NCBI GenBank assembly: GCA_965637545.1
Contig: OZ281495.1
Span: forward strand, 3,348,001 to 3,412,000
DNA from: Phallusia mammillata
Lineage: Eukaryota
Reading direction: 5' to 3'
DNA length: 64,000 nt
Made by a program: the position numbers and the translations under genes. Below, piece after piece: positions 26,101-38,241 of the stretch. The notes below the pieces were generated by a model that was given only the letters and a program-made list of their open reading frames with translations, was not told where the DNA came from and made no database searches. Within the stretch, counting starts at the first letter, position 1. The number at the start of each line of letters is the position of its first letter.

Positions 26101-26525
26101 TACAATCACCGACCACAGCAACCCAAGATGTTATTATGAAGCACAAATCAACATCTCTTGCATTATACTGCATGGATACCGCCGTCTAGTGGTCACTCCC
26201 TCATTTATATGAAAGAATTTGGTTTGAATCGAAACTTTAACTAAACTTATCCAAATACATAGATCATTTTCTTTGTAATTTTCTAAATACAGAAACCAAA
26301 GACAAGATGTTCAAATCCAAGTTAGTGCTGGAAACGCGGTAGCAAACCCTGATGAACATATTGCTATACTGGGGGGCATCAGAGATTCCTGGCAGTTTCG
26401 CCTGAAAAGGACGGACGGCGAAAACTGGAAACACGGATTTAAGGAGATTAAACTAGAGATCAGGTTTAAGAATCTAAATCTACAGGATATCGTCAAGTCT
26501 GTTTTCTTAGAAAAACGTCACTTAA
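23191..26525 (+). CDS. Helical hairpins + TPR-like helix + ZU5 + UPA-like module, copy 2
   Basis: Exons 23191-23304, 23523-23639, 23978-24258, 24662-24811, 25332-25481, 25618-25718, 25790-25972 and 26293-26525. Sizes and phases match copy 1 (281/150/150/101). Motifs VGVKGGTL, LTPMLKCEPEGFKFRKPIEITLP and FKTDHFS. Confidence 0.82.
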
Positions 26526-26901
26526 GTGAGTAAAAGTCTTTGCTTGTTTTAAAAACTGTGAACTTGTCCAGTTAAAAGTCGGCATTACGAAAACATTGCA
26601 CAATTTTACAAAACGCAACACATCTCAGTTTGTTGTTACTGATATATCGTTGTAACTCGTGTTGTCTTAATTCACAAAATAAAGTTTGTATATCACACTT
26701 TAAAGCATCTCGACCAGCACATTAGTATTTTTCCAGCCTTCATTAAAACATCATTTTGTTTCGTTTTTAATTTGCTAAGTTGATGTTTAACTTGACTTGT
26801 GTCTTGGGTATCCCCTCTAGTTTGCAGCAGAAAATTACCGATGCATTCGTAAGTTTTTGATAAGTTTATGCCAATGTAACAAACTTCAATTTCTATCTTA
26901 G

Positions 26902-27106
26902 CTCCAACTGGACCGAATCAATTAACATACATCGATGCGAGAGGCGGTTCGGTAAATTTTTAGAAGAAATGGTCTCCACGAAACGATATTCCATGATGGC
27001 GGAATTTCGAAATACGTTTGCAATTGCGGCTTCTTTCAACCAACTACGAACTATTGTTGCTACTCATATTCCCCTAACGCACGCTGCACTCAACAAAGCA
27101 TTTTAA
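26902..27106 (+). CDS. Probable terminal exon of K1 (reading frame ambiguous)
   Basis: Acceptor ctatcttag at 26901. A direct phase-1 splice from 26525 gives TPTGPNQLTYIDARGGSVNF* (stop at 26963). Splicing through a small exon at 26821-26848 gives a 67-codon frame ending at 27106. Confidence 0.45.
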
Positions 27107-30100
27107 ACAAACAGTTAAAGTTATAAATGGCAAACTGATAAAGTGTATATGATCAGAGAGTTGGTTGACGCAAGTGTGTGAGGCACCCGTGTTTTAAAAA
27201 TACAGAAATAGATAACGAGCCACAGATTGCTTGTTAGTTTGTTTGTTTTATTTTTATCCTCGGTGGGCGGGCAACGCCTAAATGCGTCATGCTAAAACGA
27301 GTCCGCCGTCGGGCAGCCTGTATCTTTTTTCAAGTCCGGCGAATGATTAGCCACTGCGTTGAAGCGATGTCTCTCAAGTTTCTTGGTCAGGGAAACACGG
27401 GGCCGTTAAGTTAACCAATCGGCCATCTCGGCAAATTGTACTTCTAAAATTGAACTTGAGAGTTTGTGTTCGAACAAACATTTTACCCATCCGAGTGTCA
27501 ACAAATGAACAACACGTTTCAAAGCAGCATGGCAGTCATGTTAAAAGTGTGTTGTAAAAGCGGTCCAGGGTAACAAAACGACGCTGAGGTCACGTTCATG
27601 TCACGTTATCGACGTTCATTGGCGACGTTCAACGATTTTCAGTGTTTTACGCTAAAGATCTTGTTTATCAGTAAAATGTTTTATTTTTGCTCGTCGTCAT
27701 GTCACACTTCAGCACATATTGTATTGTAGCTATATTGTAGTTTTGCATTTTTTTTCAGCAAAATTGTTTTTTTATTCGTTTTTTGACTATTTATACATTT
27801 TGTATTGGAGCTATTGTAGCTATATTGTAAAAATGTGTGTTGTCATGCAGATTTTGTTTCCCCTTTTTTCTATTTGTCAATTTGAAATATGAATATTCAG
27901 ACTCCGTTGAAATCGTTTGTACTTTACATAATTGAAGTCATAAAAATTACCCATATTGAAGTTTTGCATTATTTTCAGCAAGAGTGTTTTTTATTACTAT
28001 TTATCGTTTAAATGACACTCAAGTGCACAATAGTAACCTCCACATTCTGTTACCATAAGCCTTCTAAATTTCACCAACAACCAAATAAGGCCATACAACA
28101 ACAGAACTTTTGAAACAATAGGTAGACATCCGTTGCAACGTAAAAAGTCATTTTTTTAAACAGTTGTTTTTCGAAATCCACTACCGGTTTAAACAAACCT
28201 AAAACGTTATCTTTGGGTGCAGTTAAGTGCAAGTAAAGTCTATTAAATTTTATTTTTTTTTGAAAAAAATCGCAAGTAATACAATAGCTGAACATACACA
28301 AAAACACTGAAACTTTCGAAACTCGCACACAAAGGATTCACCGCAATATTGATAAATGGCGTAAAGAGCACAGGCGCGCCAGACAATTTTCCACAGAATT
28401 TGGTTTCAAATATTTTTGCGTAACAACAGAACGGCGCAGTGAGGTTGAGGTATAGTTGGTCGAATTTCCAAAAAAATGTCATAATGTAATGTCCGAACGA
28501 GCATACGACAACTCTTTTGCTGCCGATCATCGTCATGCAGCTGGGGCTTGCGGTAACAAAAGATGTATTTTGGTGTCATGCGGGTTTCTGATGTCAAGGA
28601 AATTGAACCAGCACCTGATTTTTCAGCTAATCGGGTGCGATACATCGAGTGGCAAAGTGGCAGCAATGTAGTTGTTTTTGCTTTTTGAGTAATAAGTAAA
28701 ATATTTTTGTGTTTGTTGATTAGACTGGAAGCTTGCGTCGTATGAAAAGTCAATAGTTAAATGAGATGAACTATTAAAAGTTAGAACCATGCTGCTTTGA
28801 CAAAAAGCACAGAATGTACAATGCAAGTCGATTCAGTATTAGAAGTTGTTGTTTAAATACGCTGGATTGTCATGAGCTGATCTCAATATGCAGCGAAACC
28901 AAGAAGGTATGTAAAAGAATTGGCAACACAATATTCAACTAGGTAAACTTTCACTAACGATGACAATTGTTTTGTTTTTGTCGAAACGTTTGCTCAATAA
29001 AATGTCTAAGGTTTATTCTACATCGCGGACAATTTAGTATTTAGTAATGTTCAACTAACTTTTGCAGAGAGTACTTATAAATCAATTTAAATATATAAAT
29101 ATCAGTACAAATCATGTGCTTAGACCAAACTAGACCCGCAAGAACCCTCACTGAGCATATTCCCCATTCCGTCACATCACCACAGCAACCTGCAGTTAAA
29201 CCAATCACAAATAAACACGTTACAATCGAATAAATACCTTCGAATGCGGTACGCACAGCAGCACGCATTATAACTCTGGTGCATCACCTAGTGGAACAAA
29301 GTAGTTGAGTATCAGCAGTTTTCAAAAGACAGAACTTTAAAGTGTGATGTGTTGTTTAATTATGAAGCTTATAAACAAAATTCGCAAACCTGTGATAGAC
29401 AACCCAGATGATTGAGCCAAACTCATCACCATAAGAACAACTTTTTGTTTTACTATTTATGTCCCCGTAGTTTTCCGCCTCCATATCGTTCCCGGTGTGC
29501 CTTTATACCGCTTTCGTAAATGACCCGCCCCTTTTCGTACGTCGCTCACTCTGTTTCATACTGCTCCTAGTCGTGTGTATGTGTGAGAATGTAACTGCCC
29601 CCAGTGATACGATCGGTTGACACGTTAAATAACTACAGCCGGTCAATTGTGCGACCTCCTGTAGACCCTCGTTTTGGAAGGTCACTTTGTTTTGTTTCTC
29701 GAAAACGTTTCGTTTCTTCTGTTTCCGGAAGTTCCGACACCAACCCCGAGAAGTAACGGCACATCATCGACTTGATGATCTCGTTGTTTTTCATTCGTTT
29801 GCATGTTTGGAGCGCTTGTTTATTGGAGAATAATAAACAAATATACACAATAAGGACAACTTTTTATCAATTTCCACAAGTTCTATTTCCACGAAGTGTT
29901 TGCGTATCTGTCAGGTTAAAACTCGTTCCCATGTCACATACTCACAGCGCATGTCTTGCACCCTAAAGCACGTGCACCTGTCTGTGGAAACAATCCTACA
30001 ATTAAATATCCCGTAGATCAGAAACATGTTGAAAAACCTAACGCCTTTTTAGATTTTGATCAGATAAGCGACAAAGTTTAATTGAACATCGAGACAAACG

Positions 30101-30120
30101 GGAAAGTGACGCATTGTTTA

Positions 30121-30374
30121 CTATCGGATCTGAAATAACCAACATCTTATGGAAGGCGATTTCGTCTCTGTGAAGATGGACACGCTGGATGCAGCAGTCG
30201 TGCCAAACTCACTCACAGCGTGAGACAGAATGTCAGCGACCACTGAGTTGATTGTCGTGTTGATGAAAATTGCTTGCGGTCCTGGAGTCAGATTTGCACC
30301 AGAACAAACACTACGCCCGGTTGTCGTTGTAAGGCGTTCCTCGTCCCAGACGGTACATGTTGTGCCGCTTGATA
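30121..30374 (-). other. Exon-like open frame of unknown gene
   Basis: A polypyrimidine+AG acceptor (tttttctctttag) precedes a stop-free, GC-richer frame VSSGTTCTVWDEERL...VVADILSHAVSEF...FQIR*. No partner exons were identified. Confidence 0.3.
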
Positions 30375-30803
30375 CTAAAGAGAAAAATGTAAAATTCGTA
30401 ACGTGATATCTATGAACCATGATGCGATGGACAATTTTTAAATCGTCACACGTTTCAACCGGGAATAACTGGCCACTTGGTGGCGCGATGTACGGTGAGT
30501 TGTCTAAAAAGAAGACTTGGTGACGTCATTGCGAGAAGCGTTTACGATGAACGTTAAATATTTGTGATGTGACATCTTACGACGTTTCGGTTTGGTCGTA
30601 CGAGACGAGACAATATATTATCAACGGGGTGTCCAACACGTGGTATGCGACGTATTTGAAAATGACACGCAATCTCTCACAAAACTTTACCAGCCTGAAA
30701 CTAAGGTTTGGCACGCAGTTAATGTTAGGTCTAATAATCGCCACAATTACGATGACGAAAATTAATTAAGACGTATCTCAGTATGTGAAGTAGTGGTACA
30801 AAC

Positions 30804-31260
30804 TAGAGATTCACCGAATCGGCAATTTGGGATCGGCTGAATGAATAGAAAAATTTCGTATCAAAATCGTCGCACGCCACGGGTTTGACATTAAAACATA
30901 CGTTTTTCTATCGGGCAAAGAGTGGTGTTGCAGAACAGAATAGTTCTGTTTCATGATCGTTTTATTTCAGTGGACAAGGGGCCAGGGCTTTGGTTGCCAG
31001 CCTGCCAATGAATTACTGACTTTTTGTCTGGAGTGGGAAAAACGATAAAGTTTTAAACTAATAATAAAAATTGATGCGATTTTTGTTATGGCGTAGTTTG
31101 AAAGATTGTGTGATAAGCAGAAACGACAGGTTTTACTGTTTAGATTTGTATAGGTAAACGATTGGTTTTTGGAATAGCAACAAATTATTTGACTGAAAAC
31201 GAATCTGTGCAAAAAAAGATTCGGCAGAGTAAATTCGGCAAACCGAATATTCGGTCTCCA
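30804..31260. mobile_element. hAT-type MITE
   Basis: Imperfect TIR tagagattcaccgaat / attcggtctcca. Flanks gtacaaac (30796-30803) and gtataaac (31261-31268) form a 7/8-matching 8-bp TSD. Confidence 0.65.
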
Positions 31261-34200
31261 GTATAAACCAGAGGTGAGTAAATTTTTTAATATAAAAATT
31301 TGGTAATGATGCGCGAGGGCCAAATAACTTACAAAACCGAAAGCTTGTGGTATTTCTTCCCTAGTTGAAGTCAGATGTTTGGGGAACTGCGACTGTTTTA
31401 TCTTCTTGATGTTGTAACAAATAGTGGTAAGTTTAACCTGGGTGTAAACAGTGGCGTAAAACCGACAAGTGTTTTTGTAATCGTAAAATACACACTTTTG
31501 ATACGCCTGACATTTTCCAGTTTATCTACCAATGTGACGTACCTTCATGAGTGGTGAAGTTCCGGCTTCAGTGGCAAGTCGATTCGCGACAACAAATCCG
31601 CCAGTGAGCGCAATTGATTTAAGTTTTAGTATCAGTGGGGGATTTCCCGTTGGATGTTGGCTGAAAAATTTGTCCTTGACCCATTTATTAAGTGCCGTCC
31701 CACTTAAGTGATTTCTCATAGTTGATAGTTGTATAGGAAGGTAGGGCTGTAGGGGAAATGAAATCGCAATATAAGTTGTTAAGTAAACATTTAACGCTCC
31801 AATAAGTAAACTGTTTAAGTCATTCACACATTAAGAATTGAAATTGCACACCCTTAAGTTAAAATAGACAAAAACAATTAAATTAAACTTAAGAGCGAAT
31901 CCCTTCACAGACTAATATGAATTAAATGTATTAAATAAACACGAGGTGTACAAAATAGGTAATTGGTAAATAAATAAAAAATACACAATATTGCATCTGT
32001 AAAAAAGACAGTATAATTTATACTTTTGCACAAGTTGAAGTAAAAAAAATGCAAACCTGCAAACAGCAATGATAATTTTTTGTATCTGAACGAAATCTTG
32101 CAAATGAGTGATTATTATCGCAACAGCATGTCCACTCTGGTCATCATCAGTCAAACCTGTTGGAGAAGTTAGAATCCCAGCTCTCTAGTCTGATACTAAA
32201 ATTCAAAAGTTTTAAATAAACATTTGCAAAGTAACACAAGTATCAATGCAAAACAACAAAATTATTAACCTACTTCTGTTAACAGGAAAGATTTCATCCT
32301 TAAATTTGTATCCAAAAGGGTCATTTGGAATCTTGTTCCCACCTATAATTTGTTTGGCCAATTCATGCTTTTTCTGCTCTTTAGTGAGTGGGGTATTGTC
32401 ATGTTATCAATGATCTGGATTGTTACATCACTGAGTGGTAATGTTTGTTGGTCCTATTAGAGAAGAAATAATACATTGAGTACACAAACTCATATTCAAC
32501 CCACAATGTTCCAAAATTAAATGCAGAAAGCCCCAAAAAGGGTAAACCAAATAAAAAGTGTCATTTATAAAGGATATGCTTAGCACAAGATATAAAATAA
32601 TATCTATTATCAGCATAATATAACTGGTGAAGAACAAACCTCAGCCAAAAGTCTCTACTTGAAAGAGGAATTTAGGAAGTAAGTTCCAAAAGGTGGACAA
32701 TACAAATCTTCCTTGTTTGCTCAGAAACTTAAAAAGTACAAAAAATAACAGTCAGGATTTGTTAGGTGCATAACAGATCAAATAAGCAAAGCCTTAGCAG
32801 CTAGCACACGTACAAAACACTTGAATTTCTCCATATTGTAACACTCCGAAAAACAATTTACAATTTCAAACATTCATGATTCAGGGGTAACACAAGTAAT
32901 AAAACCAGACTAAACAACATAACTGAACAAAGTAGAATGTACAAACTACAAACCAAAGAGAGAAAATAGCTCTAAAACAAGAAATAAATAGGTTTGATAG
33001 CTGAAAAATGCCTGTGATTTTAAGAAAATCGCTCCTGGTTTTGTATGCACTTTAAGTATGACATCACATTCACACAGTGCATGTGTGTGACATCACAATT
33101 AGTATGATTAAAGAAATAACCATTCAACAAATACGATGACTTGAGGCTGCAAAGTGCAAACTTGCAACAGTGAAATTTTAATGGTTTAACCACTCAAGTC
33201 TCAACACAAGTTATACCCTGAGCATTTCTGATTGCGTTTTAATTATTTTGTAGTTCTGCAAAAATATTTTTAATTTTTTTGCTATTTTGCAACTTTTCAG
33301 TGTATTTAAAAACATCCCATGAGGGAACGGGTAAAGTCACGAAGTTGGACTAAACAGTAAACAGTGTATCGGCGGATTTTGTATTTTTTGCATTGCTTGG
33401 TGCTTTCGTTAGATTTGTTCATTAGTTTTACGTACACAATAGACTTTACTGGGAAGAGAAAACCCAGAAGTTGGTTATATCCCAGAAAAAGTTCGGTGTA
33501 GTATTTGTGGTGAACCCAGGAAATCTAATTTCATGACATTGGCTCACTGCGGATACCGCTTGTACCATAGAGATCGAATGTATGCCCCAAATTGCATAAG
33601 CACCAGTCCAGCGTATCGGAAAAGCTATTATCCCAATTTGCACAAAACACAAAAAATTGCACAAAACCTTAAATTGTTTCCTTTCACAACTGGTGATTTT
33701 TTGCAGCTGTGTTAGGTGGCTTTCGTGCCAAATTACCGATTATATCTTATACTTCCTTTGCCTTGCTAATGTACTTGTAAACAAAATACAATACAACCCA
33801 CAACATATAGGCAACGTTTAGTTTTATCTACTCATTGGTATGTTGCTTGGCAACAAAATGTAGTTTTTGTATCTTGCAAATTACAATCACAAAGATTAGC
33901 AATATGTAAAAAAGTAATAACCTGCAGAACGAATAATTATGGTTTGGGTATAAATATCACTGATTCACAAATGTTATGTTGTGTTTGCACTTGCAGCAAC
34001 CAGCACCACAGAATCACTCAGATTCGTACAAACAAATGCGCCATGTGAACAATTGCGTTTCGATCGTTGTGACGATACTTGAGCCCCTACGTTAGTTACA
34101 CGTCACGCCTTAGCGCCGTTCTACCCCAACCAACCAGCTTTATTGTTGCAAAGTGACGTGGTAAGACTCGACTGAAAGCCTATTTATGGCTCCACACCTA

Positions 34201-36252
34201 TTTTTAACCTTTAGTTTGAACAAAAATGCAGGTAGGTTTTGTTTTTATTTACACGTTGTCCCTGCAAATATGAGAAACGTTGCTTTGCATGCTTGAGATG
34301 AGTTACGAAAAAGATTCTGATAAACGAACGTGGCAAGGTTGGTAACACTCTCAAAAAAGAAATACATCAGATGTTTGTTTAAACGCGTTTTTAAAAATTT
34401 TGAAACAACTCATGATTTTATCACTAATGAACGTTGTATTTTCACAGCAGCACAGCCTAGTGTTGTCATAATGGTGTTTTACAAATCACCCATAACATAT
34501 TCGAAATTTAAGTCGTTCGGTTTAAGACACAAGGCCAAGTTTCAGCGCAACCACAATCGTCTTCATCCCTTACTTGTGCGGTCTGGTGACAACTAAGAAC
34601 GCGGCGGTCTCGGCGAGTTTCGATCGTTGTGAGACGACCATACATTGGTTACTCGTCACCCCTCAGTGCCGTTCTACCCCAACCCACCCGCTTTATTGTT
34701 GCAAAGTCACGTGACGATACTTGACTAAAAGCTTATTTATGCCTCCATGCCTAACTTTACCCTTTAGTTCAATATCATTTAAATCTGCCGGTAGACTTTC
34801 GTTTTCGACTTACAAGTAGCCCAAAAATTTTAGAAACGTGGTTTTGTATGCTTGAGATACCTTACGTGGCAAAGCTTGATAAACGAATGCGCAAAAGTTG
34901 AGTAATGCTGCTGTTCTGACTATGGAATGAGCTTTGCAGACATATCAATATCATGACAATATCATTTTAACGGCGTTTTGTAGTTAAACAGTTCGTCATG
35001 TGTTTGGCAATATTTACCACACAAACCCAGCTGACCAGTTTAGAGTTAAATGTATTATTAACGCACCCAAGATTGAATAACCATGTTGTCATGTTTATTG
35101 GTGTTGTGACCCCTATACTTGGGAATAGTATTGGTATCTTATATAACCAATGTATGTTGGATATTGCAACGCTTATACTTTTTATTGAGGAACTTCCTTT
35201 GCCCAACATACAGCCATGAAGTTTAAGAAAACGTTTTACCTTCAGTCCCTTCCCTTTTACGGTCTGATGACAACTAAGAACGCGGCAGTTTCGGCGAGTT
35301 TGCCAAAAACTTTTTTTCTTTACGCTGCAGTAAATAAGTCGCATTCATTCATACGAGTCGTGTTGTCGGTCCAACCGTTATTTAGGCGACTGTACTTGTG
35401 CAGTAGAAATATATAGACCTTAAATCTAAGAGTTTTGCGCAATATATTTTGTTATTTACAAAATGTGTATTACGAAAGGACTTTTTGACGAGCGGTAACA
35501 CTTTTAAAATAACTCGTCCTCTCCCTAGCTTGTCTTTTGTTTTAAGCAGTGGTGGCGACCAAACAGAAGGATGTATAAAAAGTTGAATGAAGTGGTGCAG
35601 ACGATAAATATGATGATGTCAGTGAAACATTTATATCTGATACAGAACAGTTACTTGAGCGTAGTGCTACATAAGGTGCTTTTGACAAGCTCTGCAAGTC
35701 TACTAGATTTAAAATAACGGTATCTCAATGACTGCAAAAAATCCATAGAAAAGAAACTGCGTTAGAATTGTCCGAACAATTGTTCAGTTTACCATTCCAC
35801 GCTGTTGTAATCGAGTTTGACAACGCAGACATTTTTTTCTCCTCGAATGCACGGAGCACAACGTAACAAATAATAACTGTGGTGCACCGCCTAGCGGATT
35901 TACCCACGAGCTTGATTGGTGCAAAGCGACGTGACGATACTTGACTAAAAGCTCATTTATGCCTCCACACCCAACTTTAGCCTTCAGTTCAGTATCATTT
36001 AAATCTGCAGGTAGACGTTTGTTTTCGACTTACAGGTTGCCCAAAAATTTTGGAAACGTTGCTTTGTGTGCTTGATACACCTTACGTGGCAAAGCTTGAT
36101 AAACGAATGCGACAAAGTTGAGCAATGCTGAACTATGGAATGACCTTTGCAGACATAAACATCATTTTACCGGCGTTTTGTAATTAAACAATTTTGTCAT
36201 GTGTTAGGAAATATTTACCACACAACCCAGCTGACCAGTTTAAACTTTAGAG

Positions 36253-37411
36253 CAGGTGAAACTATGGCCCGGCAAAGGAGTTCACGCGGCCCGCCAAATG
36301 TTAGTAAATTTTAAAGAGAAAGTTACCGAGCAACGCTGAATAATATTATAAGCACAGGCGTGGAGTTTTAAAAAATAATAAAAAATATCGATGGTGCGAC
36401 TTGGCGATACCTATACCATGTGCAGTATCTGTACCCGTACAATACTTAGGAACTAAACACAGATACTTTTTACGTGCTTTCTGTTGTTTCTGCCACGTAA
36501 TTATGCAAATCGTCACTTGACACAATTTCTTCTTTCGACAAAAGTAGATAAAAGTAAAAGCGATTCACGTTTTCAAATACAGCCCACTTTGCACTGTTGA
36601 CGCAAAAACTTTGGTCACTTTAGATCAAGTTTTGGTCGTTGCAGTACTTGCAAACGGACATTAAACACGGCTTCAGAATCGTTAACACAGACCCGCACAA
36701 CAACTACAGATGGCGGCTCACATTGTTTAATGTTTGCGCAAGATATTTATTACCCAAAAAACGTGCTTTTTTGAATGCTTGTTTATTTTGAAACAATTAC
36801 AATTGTAGCGTTCCAGCCATTGTTTGTCCAATCAAGTGACCACAATGGTATTTGCACATAGCTGAAAATATGCTATGGTAATATTTTGGGCTAGATCAGG
36901 CGTGCAAAACCTGCGGCCGTACGGCCACATGCGGCCGCAGAGACGAGTTTATGCGGCCGTAAACATGTATATTAAAATACATGCACTGGCGGCCGTGACG
37001 TAACTAAAATTATTTTGCCAAATATTTTAATTTTTAAACTGCTAAAAACAGATTTGGTGAGACTGGAAAAAAGATTACCAGCCTATAGTAACTGTATGCG
37101 CCAGGCTTTTTATCCTCTTATTGTGTGCAAACAATGAGAAAAACAGGCACCGCAATCGTCACAATACAAATTATGACGTCGCAAACAGATAGCTTCGTTT
37201 AACTTATGCACTTAAAGTTAGAAATTAATAATCAGAGCAATTTACGTGACTTTAAATGGTATATATATGATGTAAACCAAGTTCTTTACACCAGTTATTT
37301 TAAAACAAAAACGAGCAAGCAATTGGCGGCCGTTGGTGAAATACTATGCGGCCCCATAAAATTAATAACTTTTGAATGCGGCCCTTGCACTGAAAAGTTT
37401 GCCCACCCCTG
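36253..37411. mobile_element. hAT-type MITE (nested) inserted in the gene X relic
   Basis: Exact 8-bp TSD ctttagag at 36245-36252 and 37412-37419. The 3' end is tttgcccacccctg. The flanks rejoin in the uninterrupted paralogous copies near 35.05 and 53.28 kb. A second cagg-type 5' end lies inside at about 36897. Confidence 0.85.
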
Positions 37412-38241
37412 CTTTAGAGTATTATTAACGCATCCAAGATTGGAGCCAAGTTTCAACGCAACAACAATTGATCTTGTTTTCGAGCAGGTTTATGGTTTCT
37501 TTCACCGGAAACGTTTTACGTTTAGCCCCTTCCCTTCTACGGTCTGATGACAACTAAGAACGCGGAGGTCTCGGCGAGTTTGTGAAAAACACCATTTTTT
37601 CTTTACGCTGCAGTAAATAAGTCGCATTCCATTGATACGAGTCGTGTGGTCGGTCCAACCGTTATTTAGGCGACTGCACTTGCGCAGTAAAAATAGAGTA
37701 AGCCATAAATCTAAGAGTTTTACTTTGTTTGTTGTTTACAAAATGTGTATTACGAAAGGACTTTTTGACGAGAGGTAACACTTTTAAAATAACTTGTTTT
37801 CTCACTAACTTGACGTTTTAAGTCTTTTGTCTGGGCCAGTGGTGGCGACCACACAAACTAGTGTATAAAAAGTTTAATGAAGTGGTGGGGTTGATAAATG
37901 TGATGATGTCAGTAAAACATTTATATCTGATACAGAACAGTTACTATTTGTTAAGCATATAGTAACGTATCCTGTTTTTGACAAGCTCTGCGTCTACTAG
38001 ATTTAAAATAACGGTATCTCAATGACAGCAAAGTTTCGACAGAAAAGCAATAGAAAAGAAACTGCGTTAGAATTGTCAGAATGATTGTTCAGTTTACCAT
38101 TCCACGCTGTTGAAACCGAGTTTGACAAAGCAGACAATTTTTTCTCGTCGAATGCACCGACCACAACGTGACAAATTATAACTCTGGTGCACCGTCTAGC
38201 GGGTTTAGCCTAAGCAGTTTACCACCATACAGTATATACCG

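Noticed and set aside
26037-26189. Extra UPA exon (SGEGLFVVNGKIFEDEVFKISLQS...)
   Set aside because: Exon 25790-25972 splices in phase directly to 26293, as in copy 1. This frame ends in a stop and has no conserved counterpart in copy 1, so it is treated as intronic.
26902-27106. C-terminal death domain
   Set aside because: No frame shows the conserved W/L/LG pattern or the length of a death fold.
33548-33580. Phosphoglucomutase/phosphomannomutase identity from the GTSGIR motif
   Set aside because: That motif is N-terminal in those enzymes, whereas here it lies near the stop codon with unrelated flanks.
34998-35219. Conserved hydrophobic ORF (also 53126-53386 on -) as a real membrane protein gene
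   Set aside because: Substitutions between the two copies are spread evenly over codon positions, consistent with neutral decay of a recent duplicate.
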